A stretch of DNA of 64,000 bases from Tolypothrix carrinoi HA7290-LM1. Its GTDB lineage: Bacteria; Cyanobacteriota; Cyanobacteriia; Cyanobacteriales; Nostocaceae. The stretch is from contig JAHHIK010000013.1 in NCBI GenBank assembly GCA_019358935.1, forward strand, positions 1-64,000, read 5' to 3'. How positions within the stretch are numbered: the first letter of the stretch is position 1; every line of letters starts with the position of its first letter. A program made the translations under genes and the position numbers. The notes beneath the pieces are model-generated. The model saw nothing but the letters and a program-made list of their open reading frames with translations, had not been told where the DNA came from and did not search any database. Of the stretch, positions 10,969 through 21,023 are shown piece by piece.

Positions 10969-12360
10969 TCAATATTCATTTTTCGTAACCGCAGTTTTCA
11001 TTTCGCTATCTAGCCTTGCATCAAGTAGCCACATCCCGGCACTAACTTTGGGTGTCATCAAAGGTAATTCGATTCCTTGTTGCAAGCCCATAACTAACAA
11101 AGCGAGGGTATCTATTAGTTTAGGATCAAAGCGCGTGGATTGTAGCTGTCTGCACTCTTCTAAAGCTTGAGCAAATATTTCTTCACGAGTCAATTGAGAT
11201 GCTTGTTTCTGGTTGACTCGGTACTGAAAGTCTGCTACCAATGCCAAAATTCTCGACTCTAAAGGAATTTCATCGCCAGATAAGCTGGCTGGTTCACCTG
11301 TACCATCCCACCATTCGGTTTGATGAGTGATGATTTGTGCTACAGCCCGCAGTCGCGGCATGGTTCGCAATACCTGTGCCCCTGGTACTAAAGGACAAGT
11401 TAAGGGACTGCTAGGAGCATTTTCGTGATAACGTGTAGATGTACCGGGTGTAAGAATGCTTTCTGCTTTTTGTAATGGATCTATGCGATGCAGCAAACCG
11501 GCAAGGCGCAATCTTTTAACTTGCCATGCGGGAAGATCCAATACTTGAGCGATCGCCTCACAAAGCACTACCACTTCTGCTGCTGCCATTGGATTTTTGA
11601 CATCAGCCATATCCATCAATTGCGCCATCCGCAAAAATGCTTGGATTTCGTTGGAAACCAAGTTGCGATCCAAGCTTTGCTTACTTGGCGCTGTGGGTGT
11701 AGATAAATTCTCTTGCCCAGTCTGAAGATAATCTACCACACGGGAGACTACTGCACTCAAGTTTTCTGCTGTCGCAAGGCTAGGCTGAATTGTCTGTTTA
11801 TGTGCTTTAAGTTTTTTCGCTAATTCTGGGTTGTATGGTTCGATGTGGGCGATCGCTATTTCTGCTGTTTGATGCACTAACTCTGGCTCAAATGTCCACA
11901 AACCATAAAATTTCCGCTCTAAGTCAGATGTAGGTATTCCTGCCGTCCCATAATCAGCTTCGGATAGCTCTTGACAAAGTACCATTGCTGTGTATTGGGG
12001 CGAGAGAATAATTAAATGCCATTCTTGGGCAACTGGATCGCGCTTATCTAAAGCTAGTAAGTCTACATTGTCAAGAAGGCTGGTGGGATGTTCGGCAAAA
12101 CCTGCATCTGGGGCAGCCATGATGACGATTTGGCGGGATTTTTTGGCAATATCTGCATAGCGATCGGCTTCTTGCAAATACCATTTTCCCTGTTGGAAGG
12201 CTGTAATTACTAAAGGTTTAGTGTCATCGTCTAAAATGTGGTCTTCTAAAGCATGACACAGTGACACCAGCGTATTTTTATAATACACCCCAAAGCGAAT
12301 TGGTCTAGTAGTGTGACGGTGGGTAGTTTCTAATTGTTGGAGTATTGAGCCTTCTAACAT
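10969..12360 (-). CDS. DICT sensory domain plus degenerate HD-GYP domain protein
   Basis: N-terminal KNTLVSLCHALED/AFQ/QEW (DICT). C-terminal LAGLLHRID, HQTEWWDGTGEP, IPLESRILALV, FDP. Confidence 0.8.
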   Translation of the reverse strand: MLEGSILQQLETTHRHTTRPIRFGVYYKNTLVSLCHALEDHILDDDTKPLVITAFQQGKWYLQEADRYADIAKKSRQIVIMAAPDAGFAEHPTSLLDNVDLLALDKRDPVAQEWHLIILSPQYTAMVLCQELSEADYGTAGIPTSDLERKFYGLWTFEPELVHQTAEIAIAHIEPYNPELAKKLKAHKQTIQPSLATAENLSAVVSRVVDYLQTGQENLSTPTAPSKQSLDRNLVSNEIQAFLRMAQLMDMADVKNPMAAAEVVVLCEAIAQVLDLPAWQVKRLRLAGLLHRIDPLQKAESILTPGTSTRYHENAPSSPLTCPLVPGAQVLRTMPRLRAVAQIITHQTEWWDGTGEPASLSGDEIPLESRILALVADFQYRVNQKQASQLTREEIFAQALEECRQLQSTRFDPKLIDTLALLVMGLQQGIELPLMTPKVSAGMWLLDARLDSEMKTAVTKNEY

Positions 12361-12487
12361 GGGGGTTGAGTTAAACGAACCGCAAAGAGCGTAGATTAAG
12401 AAAGAGTTTGAAATTAGCGCTTATGAATATTTAGTTTACTGTTTAAGGCATCAATTATGCTATCTCGGAGAGTGGTAATATTTAATA

Positions 12488-15400
12488 CTAAAATTCAGCC
12501 GACGCGCCGAGAGTTATCAAAGTGGCTTTTTGTGCTGATGTTAAACCATAAGCTTCTGTGATGTTCATACCTTCGTAAAGTCTGGGAGTTCTCAAGGTTT
12601 TGAGGCATTTGCCTGTCTTGATATCCCATAGTTTTATTGTCTGGTCTTGGGAACCGCTGGCAAGTGTTTTGCCTTGAGGACTAAAGATGACTGAAGATAC
12701 TACATGAGTATGTTCGTGGTAAGTGTACAAGCATTCACCTGTAGTCACATCCCACAGCTTAATTGTATGGTCAGCGCTGCCACTAGCTAAGAATTTTCCA
12801 CAGGGACTGAAGGCAACGGAAGTTACCCAGTTAGTATGTCCGCTGCAAATCCTCAGGCATTTTCCTGTAATGATATCCCATAGCCTGACTGTAGTTTCGG
12901 CACTGCCACTAGCCAGAGTATGACCATCCGGACTACATGCGACTGAGAAGACATAATTGCTGTGTCCGTTGAAGGTCATTACCTCTAAGCCGTTTTTGAC
13001 ATTCCAAAGTTTGACTGTGGTATCTATACTACCACTGACTAAGTTGTTACCATCAGGGCTGAATGCTACTGAAAAGACTCCTCCGCTGTGTCCCAAGAGA
13101 GTTTTCAACTCTAGACCACTGCTGACATCCCAAAGCTTAATTGAACTGTCAAAACTGCCACTAGCTAAGGTTTTGTTATCGGGACTGAATGCTACTGAAT
13201 GCACCCAGTTAGTATGTCCTTGGAAAGTATGCAAACATTCGCTGGTGTTGACATCCCATAGCTTCACAGAAGCGTCAAAACTTCCACTTGCCACGGTTTT
13301 GCCGTCATAACTGAATGCCACGGAAAATACTTGAGAAGTATGACCGGACAAAGTATTCAGGCATTCACCTGTATTAATATCCCACAGCCTTACTGCTTGG
13401 TCGGAACTACCGCTAACTAATTTTAGTTCCTCTGGACTGAATGATAAAGAATATATTATGTTACAATATCCGCTCGACGTTCTCAAGCAGATGCCGCTAT
13501 CAATAGACCATAACCTCATCGTTTGGTCGATGCTGCCACTGGCAACTGTGTGTCCATCTGGGCTGAAAGCGACTGAGTGAATACTATTAATGTGTCCGGT
13601 GCAAGTTTTCAAGCAAGTACTGGTGCTGACATCCCACAACCTCACTGTTTTGTCCGCACTGCCACTAACTAACGTTCTACCATCAGGACTAAAAGCTACA
13701 GAAAATACTCCGTTAGTGTGTCCGGTGCAAGTTCTAATTTCTTTGCCTGTGGTAATATCCCAAAGTTTGATAGTAGTGTCTAAACTGCCACTTGCGACCT
13801 GCTGACTATCAGGACTGAAAGCTACAGAAAATACTGCGTTAGTGTGTCCGGTGCAAGTTCTAATTTCTTTGCCGGTGGTAATATCCCAAAGCTTGATAGT
13901 GCTATCTAAACTGCCACTTGCAACTTGTTTGCCATCAAAGCTGAAAGCTAGGGAAAATACCTGATTGCTATGTCCTTGACAAGTATATCGGCAAAGACCT
14001 GTACTGACATCCCAAAGCTTTACTATGTTATCTAAACCACCGCTAGCTAAAATTTCCCCATCCGGACTAAAGTCTACTGAAGACACTCCCAAATCGTGTC
14101 CGGTGCAAGTTCTGATTTCTTTGCCTGTGCTAATATCCCAAAGTTTCACTAAAGAGTCAACACTACCGCTAGCAAGGATATTACCTTGAGGACTAAAAGC
14201 AACTGAAAATATTTGGTTGGTGTGTCCTTCAAAGGTAAGAAGATGTTTGCCTGTTTGCACTTGCCACAAGCGAATGTTAGCATCGGCACAACCAGTAGCT
14301 AACAGTTTACCATCGGGACTAAAGGCTACAGACATCACGTTAACCAAAATTTCCGAAAAAACGGATTTGGTTAAGTCTGAATAAGCAAAATTGACATTAT
14401 GCAATTTGATATTTTCTAGATTCGCTTGCCAAACTCTGAGATGGGAAAAGTCATAATTATTTAAATCTATTTTTAATTGACGCAGAATATTAATGATATT
14501 CCCGCTAATATATCCTGTTTCTATAGACGATTCATTTCTCAGTTTTGCTAGAAGTTGTTTGAAACAGCTTTCAATATTTTTGGCAGAACCGAAGCTAGCG
14601 AGTAATTTTTCAATTAATGGTTGCAATATCAGGAATATTTGGCTATCTCGGATATAATCTTTAGCGGTTGCTTGAATCAAAGCATGACTTTGAAATAATT
14701 CAATTTTGGCGTCAGTAATTTCTTGGCAAATACGCTCAATTAATTGAGTGGTCATGTACTCCATGACGACAGGCTGCTGGGTAAAATCAGCGGCATTTTT
14801 TTCAATCAACGATCGCCGTTGTAAAGATGCGATCGCCTGCATGATTTCCGAATGCGGTAGATTGGCAATAAAATCATCTTGCAATTTAGTCAAAGTTATT
14901 GGCTCTCTATTAATGCAGATCCAATACATGATATCTTGTTCTAATTTGCTCAATCGATGAAATTGTCTATCTAATAAATCGCGGATATCATCAAAAATGA
15001 ATGTACCTTGATTTAAAAATCGCAAGAATTCGGAAATATTACTCTCAAAAAAATCTCTAATTGCCGCAGCCACAATCTTTAATGCCAAGGGATTTCCGGC
15101 ATAATGGTCAATTAAAACTTGCCATTCGTCCTGCGAACCAATAAAAGACCCTTTAGTAAAGAAAATTTCTCTTCCTACTTCTGTAGGTAAACCAGTTAAT
15201 TGCAAGCAACGAACGGGTATTTCACCTTCTAATTTTGCTAATCCTTTCGGTTTCTCACGAGAAGTTAGGATTAAACAACTTTTGTGAGATGTTTCTGCAA
15301 TACATCGCACTAACTGACCGTAACCAGAATATCCTTCTCGATAGCTACCAGTGCGATCGCCACTTTTAAGTACTGCCTCAGCATTATCTAGCACCAACAA

Positions 15401-16012
15401 ACAGCGATGTAAACGTAAGTAATATATTAGCCGTAAGATTTTACCGTCTAAGTTCCTTGGCAAGTCTATTTCCTGTTGGTCTGAGAGAAATTGAATCATT
15501 TCTGTCAATATTTCTGACACTACAGGAGCATTACGGAGACTTCGCCAAATTATATACTCAAATTCATGTTGAAATTGCTGTCCCAGTTTAGCAGCAAGAG
15601 CAGTTTTACCTATGCCACCCATACCTAAAAGTACTACCAAACGGCAGTTTTCATCTATAATCCACTGCTCTAAAAGATGCGCTTCTTGAGTACGACCATA
15701 GAAAATAGATACATCTGGTGCCTCACCCCAATCTTGGTGTATATTTCGCTCAACAATCTCATTCCAGTTGAGTCCAAGAACTAAGCAGTAAGCTTTAAAA
15801 GCTGCGGAATTAATCGGTAGTTTTCCTGCTAAAAAGCGTTTCCAAGTTCCTTGAGAAATTCCTTCAGCAAAAAAACCTTCTTCTTGCCAATCTGTACCTA
15901 AAATTTTACTTGCTTCCTCAAGCCATCTCGGATCGTCAATTGTCCAACCCTTTTCTTTTCTTTTTTGTTTAATTCTAGCTATACCCCATAAAGATGCTTT
16001 GAGCGTAGACAT
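12488..16012 (-). CDS. STAND NTPase: N-terminal HTH-like domain, NB-ARC domain, ~14 WD40 repeats
   Basis: [14 protein letters not shown], Walker A GMGGIGKT, Walker [20 protein letters not shown], then repeated GH...[10 protein letters not shown]...SGSxDxTIKLWD. Confidence 0.93.
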   Translation of the reverse strand: MSTLKASLWGIARIKQKRKEKGWTIDDPRWLEEASKILGTDWQEEGFFAEGISQGTWKRFLAGKLPINSAAFKAYCLVLGLNWNEIVERNIHQDWGEAPDVSIFYGRTQEAHLLEQWIIDENCRLVVLLGMGGIGKTALAAKLGQQFQHEFEYIIWRSLRNAPVVSEILTEMIQFLSDQQEIDLPRNLDGKILRLIYYLRLHRCLLVLDNAEAVLKSGDRTGSYREGYSGYGQLVRCIAETSHKSCLILTSREKPKGLAKLEGEIPVRCLQLTGLPTEVGREIFFTKGSFIGSQDEWQVLIDHYAGNPLALKIVAAAIRDFFESNISEFLRFLNQGTFIFDDIRDLLDRQFHRLSKLEQDIMYWICINREPITLTKLQDDFIANLPHSEIMQAIASLQRRSLIEKNAADFTQQPVVMEYMTTQLIERICQEITDAKIELFQSHALIQATAKDYIRDSQIFLILQPLIEKLLASFGSAKNIESCFKQLLAKLRNESSIETGYISGNIINILRQLKIDLNNYDFSHLRVWQANLENIKLHNVNFAYSDLTKSVFSEILVNVMSVAFSPDGKLLATGCADANIRLWQVQTGKHLLTFEGHTNQIFSVAFSPQGNILASGSVDSLVKLWDISTGKEIRTCTGHDLGVSSVDFSPDGEILASGGLDNIVKLWDVSTGLCRYTCQGHSNQVFSLAFSFDGKQVASGSLDSTIKLWDITTGKEIRTCTGHTNAVFSVAFSPDSQQVASGSLDTTIKLWDITTGKEIRTCTGHTNGVFSVAFSPDGRTLVSGSADKTVRLWDVSTSTCLKTCTGHINSIHSVAFSPDGHTVASGSIDQTMRLWSIDSGICLRTSSGYCNIIYSLSFSPEELKLVSGSSDQAVRLWDINTGECLNTLSGHTSQVFSVAFSYDGKTVASGSFDASVKLWDVNTSECLHTFQGHTNWVHSVAFSPDNKTLASGSFDSSIKLWDVSSGLELKTLLGHSGGVFSVAFSPDGNNLVSGSIDTTVKLWNVKNGLEVMTFNGHSNYVFSVACSPDGHTLASGSAETTVRLWDIITGKCLRICSGHTNWVTSVAFSPCGKFLASGSADHTIKLWDVTTGECLYTYHEHTHVVSSVIFSPQGKTLASGSQDQTIKLWDIKTGKCLKTLRTPRLYEGMNITEAYGLTSAQKATLITLGASAEF

Positions 16013-16179
16013 AATGGCAAAACTGGTCTTTTGCAGCGATATATATGTAATTTATCACCACCGACCTTACCATTTACGCAAAAAGTTGATTTTTCAGATC
16101 ACCCTCGTTGATCCAAAACTGATCTAGAAAAATTCAAGTCAAATAAGCCATCTTGGAAAAGTAGAAAGTCAAGTTGGTT

Positions 16180-16298
16180 AGGACTTACGCAAAAACAAAG
16201 AACGCTCCTCTCAACTTCTGTGTTCTCTGTGCCCTCTGCGGTAGCCTGCGGCAAGCCGCTCCGCGTCTACGTTTTTCCGTGACTTGTGCGTAAGTCCT
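16180..16298. mobile_element. MITE-like element with perfect 12-bp TIR AGGACTTACGCA
   Basis: AGGACTTACGCA (16180-16191) and TGCGTAAGTCCT (16287-16298). Related degenerate copies at ~36088-36178 and ~62378-62448. Confidence 0.75.
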
Positions 16299-16380
16299 GT
16301 TAGTGAATTTAGCTTTTACACACATTTCCCACTTGGCTGATGTCTAACCTGCACAATAATTCTTAACAACGAGCAAAAAT

Positions 16381-16686
16381 ATGAAAAAGATTGTACTTCT
16401 AACAGTTTTTGGATTAGTTTTTGTATCACCGAGTGTTGTCATTGCTGACAATGCTCCTTTAGGCAACTTGAATTTGGCGCAGATACAACAAACACAACAA
16501 AGCCAGCTTAATTGTAACAAAGGACAAGCGATCGGAGATTTAAAGAATCCGGGTAGAAAAAAAAGAATAGCAAATGGTACCTGCTGTGCGTATGTACATA
16601 ATGTGTGTATTACGGTATGTAGCAATCCAAATGGCTGCACGGGTAATGGTGATTGCGTAGTTAAAACAACACCAACTCGCAAGTGA
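16381..16686 (+). CDS. Small secreted cysteine-rich protein
   Basis: Sec-type signal peptide (MKKIVLLTVFGLVFVSPSVVIA) and C-terminal CC-x6-C-x3-C-x5-C-x5-C. Confidence 0.7.
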   Translation: MKKIVLLTVFGLVFVSPSVVIADNAPLGNLNLAQIQQTQQSQLNCNKGQAIGDLKNPGRKKRIANGTCCAYVHNVCITVCSNPNGCTGNGDCVVKTTPTRK

Positions 16687-16746
16687 AACTGCTGATTTTT
16701 AAATGCATTCTGATAAATTGCACAAATAGGTTAAGAAGGCAAGGCT

Positions 16747-17532
16747 ATGAAAAGAATATTACGTATCTTCGCAATTTTTGTGGCAACGGTTGCTATTTTT
16801 GTGGTAGTAAATTTTGCAGTCGGCAACATGCACGTTTTGCCAGTACAAGCGCAGGATGCGATCGAAAATGCTACGGAAAGACAAGACTCGCCATCTGAAT
16901 CGGATGTTTTGCGTACACTTCCCAGTGGTGCGGTAGAAAAACCAACAGATAATACCCAACTGAGTGGTGAACCGCCAATTCAGGCACAAAATGCTGATTT
17001 AGCTTGTAATAACGCTAACTTTACATCTTCAATTGCAGGTGGATTTTTATCCAACAATCCATATATTAGGACAGACAGAACACCCAATAATAATTCAGCT
17101 TTCACAGAAGACTGTCTTAATCCTGCTGCGAATGGAGAGTGTTGGGGTAAACCTCGCTATAAATATACCATTGGATGGAACAATATCAAGGAATGGCGGG
17201 GGAAAGCTTGCGCTAAATCTGTGCAAAATGACTTCAACAATCACGTAATCTCTTATCAAAGCTCATCTAATTCATCTTGCCCAATTGGAGGACAAAATTA
17301 TTGTCAAATATATGAGGGTCCTAGAGTTCGTTTTGAAGTTAAAAAACACAATGACCCAGAAAATCAGTGGCGGGCAATAGAAAAGGATGGAAAGTTAGCT
17401 TCCTACGAGATTCCTGCAAACCAAACGAATAGTTATACTTGGGCTTGGAAGACTTCTCAACCTAGCGACTTTCGTTTGGCAGTTAGATATGCCAAGCCTT
17501 ACGATGAGTTCGATTTTATGATGGATAAATAG
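16747..17532 (+). CDS. Secreted hypothetical protein with six cysteines
   Basis: Basic/hydrophobic N-terminus ending VQA, acidic linker, then a globular region with 6 Cys. No family recognised. Confidence 0.75.
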   Translation: MKRILRIFAIFVATVAIFVVVNFAVGNMHVLPVQAQDAIENATERQDSPSESDVLRTLPSGAVEKPTDNTQLSGEPPIQAQNADLACNNANFTSSIAGGFLSNNPYIRTDRTPNNNSAFTEDCLNPAANGECWGKPRYKYTIGWNNIKEWRGKACAKSVQNDFNNHVISYQSSSNSSCPIGGQNYCQIYEGPRVRFEVKKHNDPENQWRAIEKDGKLASYEIPANQTNSYTWAWKTSQPSDFRLAVRYAKPYDEFDFMMDK

Positions 17533-17656
17533 ACGTTCATAAACCCGGTTTCTTAGAGAAACGTTCATAAACCCGGTTTCTTAGAGAAACGTTCATAAAC
17601 CCGGTTTCTTAGAGAAACGTTCATAAACCCGGTTTCTTAGAGAAACCGGGTTTATT
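17533..17656. repeat. Four perfect 28-bp tandem repeats ending in a palindrome; probable bidirectional terminator region
   Basis: ACGTTCATAAACCCGGTTTCTTAGAGAA x4 (17533-17644), then ACCGGGTTTATT, between convergent genes. Confidence 0.9.
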
Positions 17657-17669
17657 CTAAGAAAAGAGT

Positions 17670-19262
17670 TTATGAAACTCCAGCCAACTGTTTTTCTTTG
17701 CTTTCTATTGGTGCGGAAAGTGCTTCTTCTAAGTCAGCGCAACCGAGTTTCTCTTCTAAGATTTTCATGACTTCGCGTCCGAAGTCGTTGGGGTTTTGTT
17801 GCCAAGCTTGCAAGCAGACTTCACCAAAGAAGGAACCGAGGGGTTCGGGGTTCCATAATAATTTCTTGGCTGTCCACGGCATCAAGCTCATTGGATCGTA
17901 TCCTGGTTTGAGGATGCCTTCTTTGAAAGCGTATTCTTCTAAATGGGTATGCGGTTGCAATCCAATAAAGAAAATAGCAGGTTCGACTTTATCAACGCCA
18001 AATATTCTTTCTAATTCGCGGTGGTAAGCGATCGTTTGGCGAATGGTTTCGGGGCGTTCGTCAATGACGTTAAATGAATAGTTGACGGAAACTAAGTCAT
18101 TGAAACCAGCTGCTTTTAAGTCGCGGCAGTTTTGTAAGACGGTTCGCAGATTATACCCCATCCGCATTTTTCTGACAAGTTCTTGGGAACCGCTGGTGAT
18201 ACCGATTTCAAAGTAGTTCATCCCGGTTTTTGCCATCAAATCACACAACTCTGGTGTGAGGTTGTCTGCTCTGATGTATGCTGCCCAATGGATATCTGTC
18301 ATCCCAGAATCGACGATTTTCTGTAGAAGTTCTACAGCGTCAGCGATAAATCTTCGTGCGGGGATGAATTGGGCATCGGTAAACCAGAAGTTGCGAATGC
18401 CGCGATCGTATAATTGACGCATTTCCGCGACAACTTCATCCGCTGGGTTGATGCGTACTTGTTTGCCTTCAACGACAGTGTAAACGCAATAACAGCAGTT
18501 GTGAGGACATCCGCGCTTAGTTTGGACACCGATGTAGAAGTCTTCTTCTTGTAGGTAGTAGTTAAAGTCAGACCAGATGCTTTCTATATAATCGTAGTTA
18601 CAGGCGCTTTTTTCTAACGGGGTGGGTTGTTCGTGAATTAAGCGATCGCGTGGTTCAGTTTCTCCCACCACATAACAGCGTTCATCCCGGAACTCTTTAC
18701 CACTTAAGAGTTTTTCCAAGAGAGTTTCGCCTTCACCTACAGATATAATTGTTTGTTTAGGCAAGCTTTTACCCAACTGTTCGTAAAACACGCTGACTGC
18801 ACCACCACCAACAATCGCACGCGCTTGAGAATTATATTTTTGAGCGCGTTTTAAACCGCGTTTGATTAATCCCAAGTTGCGCCACAACTCTACATAATAG
18901 GCGATGAAGATTCGCAAACCGCCTAATGCGCCGCGTAATTTGATAAAAGGATTCTTCGCGTAGTAAAATTCAAAGGCGTTTTGTAGCGGATTTCCACCAC
19001 GTCCACCGACTGGGGCGTAAATTTGAATATCCCGCCAAGAAAATACTAGCAGTGTCGGTTTAAATTCATCAATACACCTATCAAGAGCAGAGTAATAATC
19101 TAAAGGTGGTATCGTTCCCAAATCGAAAATCCGCTGTTCGATATTGGGAAATAGCTTGTGAACGTGATCCGCAAGATAAACTACCCCAATCGGAAAAATG
19201 GGGTTACAAGGAAGGCGAACGTAGAGAATTCGGTTTTCCATCATCGGTGTTTTAACTTTCAT
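17670..19262 (-). CDS. B12-binding radical SAM protein (photosystem II high-light acclimation family)
   Basis: KRGCPHNCCYC (CxxxCxxC), PIFPIGVVYLA, FWFTDAQF. Confidence 0.85.
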   Translation of the reverse strand: MKVKTPMMENRILYVRLPCNPIFPIGVVYLADHVHKLFPNIEQRIFDLGTIPPLDYYSALDRCIDEFKPTLLVFSWRDIQIYAPVGGRGGNPLQNAFEFYYAKNPFIKLRGALGGLRIFIAYYVELWRNLGLIKRGLKRAQKYNSQARAIVGGGAVSVFYEQLGKSLPKQTIISVGEGETLLEKLLSGKEFRDERCYVVGETEPRDRLIHEQPTPLEKSACNYDYIESIWSDFNYYLQEEDFYIGVQTKRGCPHNCCYCVYTVVEGKQVRINPADEVVAEMRQLYDRGIRNFWFTDAQFIPARRFIADAVELLQKIVDSGMTDIHWAAYIRADNLTPELCDLMAKTGMNYFEIGITSGSQELVRKMRMGYNLRTVLQNCRDLKAAGFNDLVSVNYSFNVIDERPETIRQTIAYHRELERIFGVDKVEPAIFFIGLQPHTHLEEYAFKEGILKPGYDPMSLMPWTAKKLLWNPEPLGSFFGEVCLQAWQQNPNDFGREVMKILEEKLGCADLEEALSAPIESKEKQLAGVS

Positions 19263-19851
19263 CTTGCCATTATTCAGGGAGAAAAAAAGAGAAATATTTG
19301 AGTTTCAAGTATCTTGGTTGTGGTTTTTCTTTATTTATCACTTATCGTGCTTGACATTTGCGCCGATGATTGATACCAGTAAGGAGCGATGTAACATCTG
19401 TGGCAATAGCGCTTATCACTTTGCTTTCACAGATGTATGGTTTTTATAGATGAGTTTTATGAAAGCAATTTCCATATAACTTTACGATAACACCGAGTTT
19501 ATCTATTAAGCGATCGCCTCCGGTGTGTTAGTCGCGATCTAAGTGAATCCAAAAAATTCCCTCCCCAGGTATAGGAAAAATAAGGGAATCTCCGCTAATG
19601 GTGGTTGCTACTTATATCAAGCAAGTTATAGATACTTCACCAAAGAGCAAAATCTGAAAAAGATTGATGCTTAATCTACAATTTCCCAAAAGGCAGAAAT
19701 TTTAACAATGTTTTCATAGAGTTGACATAACTTATGATAGAAATTATCAAGAAAAGTTCAGTTGGTATTCGCAGTTACAGCATATGGGGATCAGTCGATG
19801 CTAGCTTTGCTGGTGTAATATAAAATTGTGGCGTAAAGCTTTTTAGCAGTT

Positions 19852-20244
19852 ATGGCTCAAATATTAGATTCTTTACCACCAGAGCAATCAGGGAAAATTC
19901 TCTGCTGCTACGTTAATGCCACGAGCAAAATACAGATTGCTCGCATTTCAGATATTCCCAGCTGGTACTTTGAACGGGTGGTTTTTCCCGGACAACGATT
20001 AGTTTTTGAAGCACCAAAAGTTGCTCACCTAGAGATTCATACGGGCATGATGGCAAGCGCAATTTTATCGGATACAATTCCATGCGATCGCCTCGCCCTA
20101 GACGAACCTAGTACTAATGAGTTTAGTACAGACTCAGAAACAGGAATAGATCCAATCAATAAAAAAAAGTTGATGCAGACAATTAATACAAAAATCGGCG
20201 ATCCAACACAATCCTTTAAAATGGCTGGTGCGAGTATCAGTTGA
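19852..20244 (+). CDS. DUF1830 domain protein
   Basis: CCYVNATSKIQIARI...YFERVVFPGQRLVFEAP. Confidence 0.8.
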   Translation: MAQILDSLPPEQSGKILCCYVNATSKIQIARISDIPSWYFERVVFPGQRLVFEAPKVAHLEIHTGMMASAILSDTIPCDRLALDEPSTNEFSTDSETGIDPINKKKLMQTINTKIGDPTQSFKMAGASIS

Positions 20245-20269
20245 TTAAAAAAAACAATTTAGCTCAATA

Positions 20270-20300
20270 AACAGGGTTGCTGGACTCAGCAGCCCTATTT
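20270..20300 (+). terminator. Putative intrinsic terminator
   Basis: AGGGTTGCTG-gact-CAGCAGCCCT stem followed by a T-rich tract. Confidence 0.55.
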
Positions 20301-20317
20301 TGTTTATTAGTCATTGG

Positions 20318-20470
20318 GGAATGGGGAAGGGGGAGACAAGGGGACAAGGGGACAAGGGGACAAGGGGACAAGGGGACAAGGGGACAAGGGGGACAAGGGG
20401 GACAAGGGGGACAATTTCTTTCTATTACCTATTACCTATTACCTATTCCCGATGCCCAATGCCCCATGCC
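20318..20470. repeat. GGGGACAA / STRR tandem repeat block
   Basis: Directly visible. Confidence 0.85.
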
Positions 20471-20494
20471 CTACTTTCATCTACAATCCTTAAT

Positions 20495-20956
20495 ATGGAT
20501 CTGCCTTCTTTCGTTTGGTTGTGGAAAATAGCAGCTTGGTCAATGGGTTTGTCGCTATTGGCTTATTTGTTGCTTGCGGTAACTGGGGTTTTGATGTTTC
20601 AGATGAGAACTTCCCGACGTCTGTCTTTTATGTCAGCGTTTGGGGGGGAAAATCAAAAAGTGCGCGATCTCCACTTTCTCATCGGTTGCTGCATGGTAAG
20701 TTTAGTGATGCTGCTGTTGGCGATCGGTATTGTTGGCACTTTCGGTCACTTTGGTTCTTTAGGACACTCGTCACACTTATTAGCCGGTTTGATAGTCGTA
20801 GCGTTAGTTTTAGTATCTGCTTTTAGTGCAACCCAAATTAGCGCTAGAAAATCCTGGGCTAGACCTTTACACATCGGGACAAATATTATTTTATTTATCG
20901 GCTTTGCTTGGGTATCCCTAACCGGTTGGATTGTAGTTCAAAAGTATTTACCGTAA
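20495..20956 (+). CDS. DUF4079-family membrane protein
   Basis: Starts MDLPSFVWLWKIAAWSMG; four hydrophobic segments with His residues. The upstream ORF extension is repeat-derived. Confidence 0.75.
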   Translation: MDLPSFVWLWKIAAWSMGLSLLAYLLLAVTGVLMFQMRTSRRLSFMSAFGGENQKVRDLHFLIGCCMVSLVMLLLAIGIVGTFGHFGSLGHSSHLLAGLIVVALVLVSAFSATQISARKSWARPLHIGTNIILFIGFAWVSLTGWIVVQKYLP

Positions 20957-21023
20957 TCGTTTGACTTTCTAGCTGAATCGTTTCGTTAGTATGTAATAAA
21001 AACAAGCGATCGCTATTTCAGCC

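Noticed and set aside
17533..17656. Possible CRISPR array
   Set aside because: Units are contiguous and identical with no spacers, and no cas genes are present.
16381..19262. Radical SAM enzyme as maturase of the Cys-rich peptide (ranthipeptide/sactipeptide)
   Set aside because: The enzyme is a conserved B12-binding family member without a visible SPASM Cys cluster and is convergently oriented. The peptide has a Sec signal.
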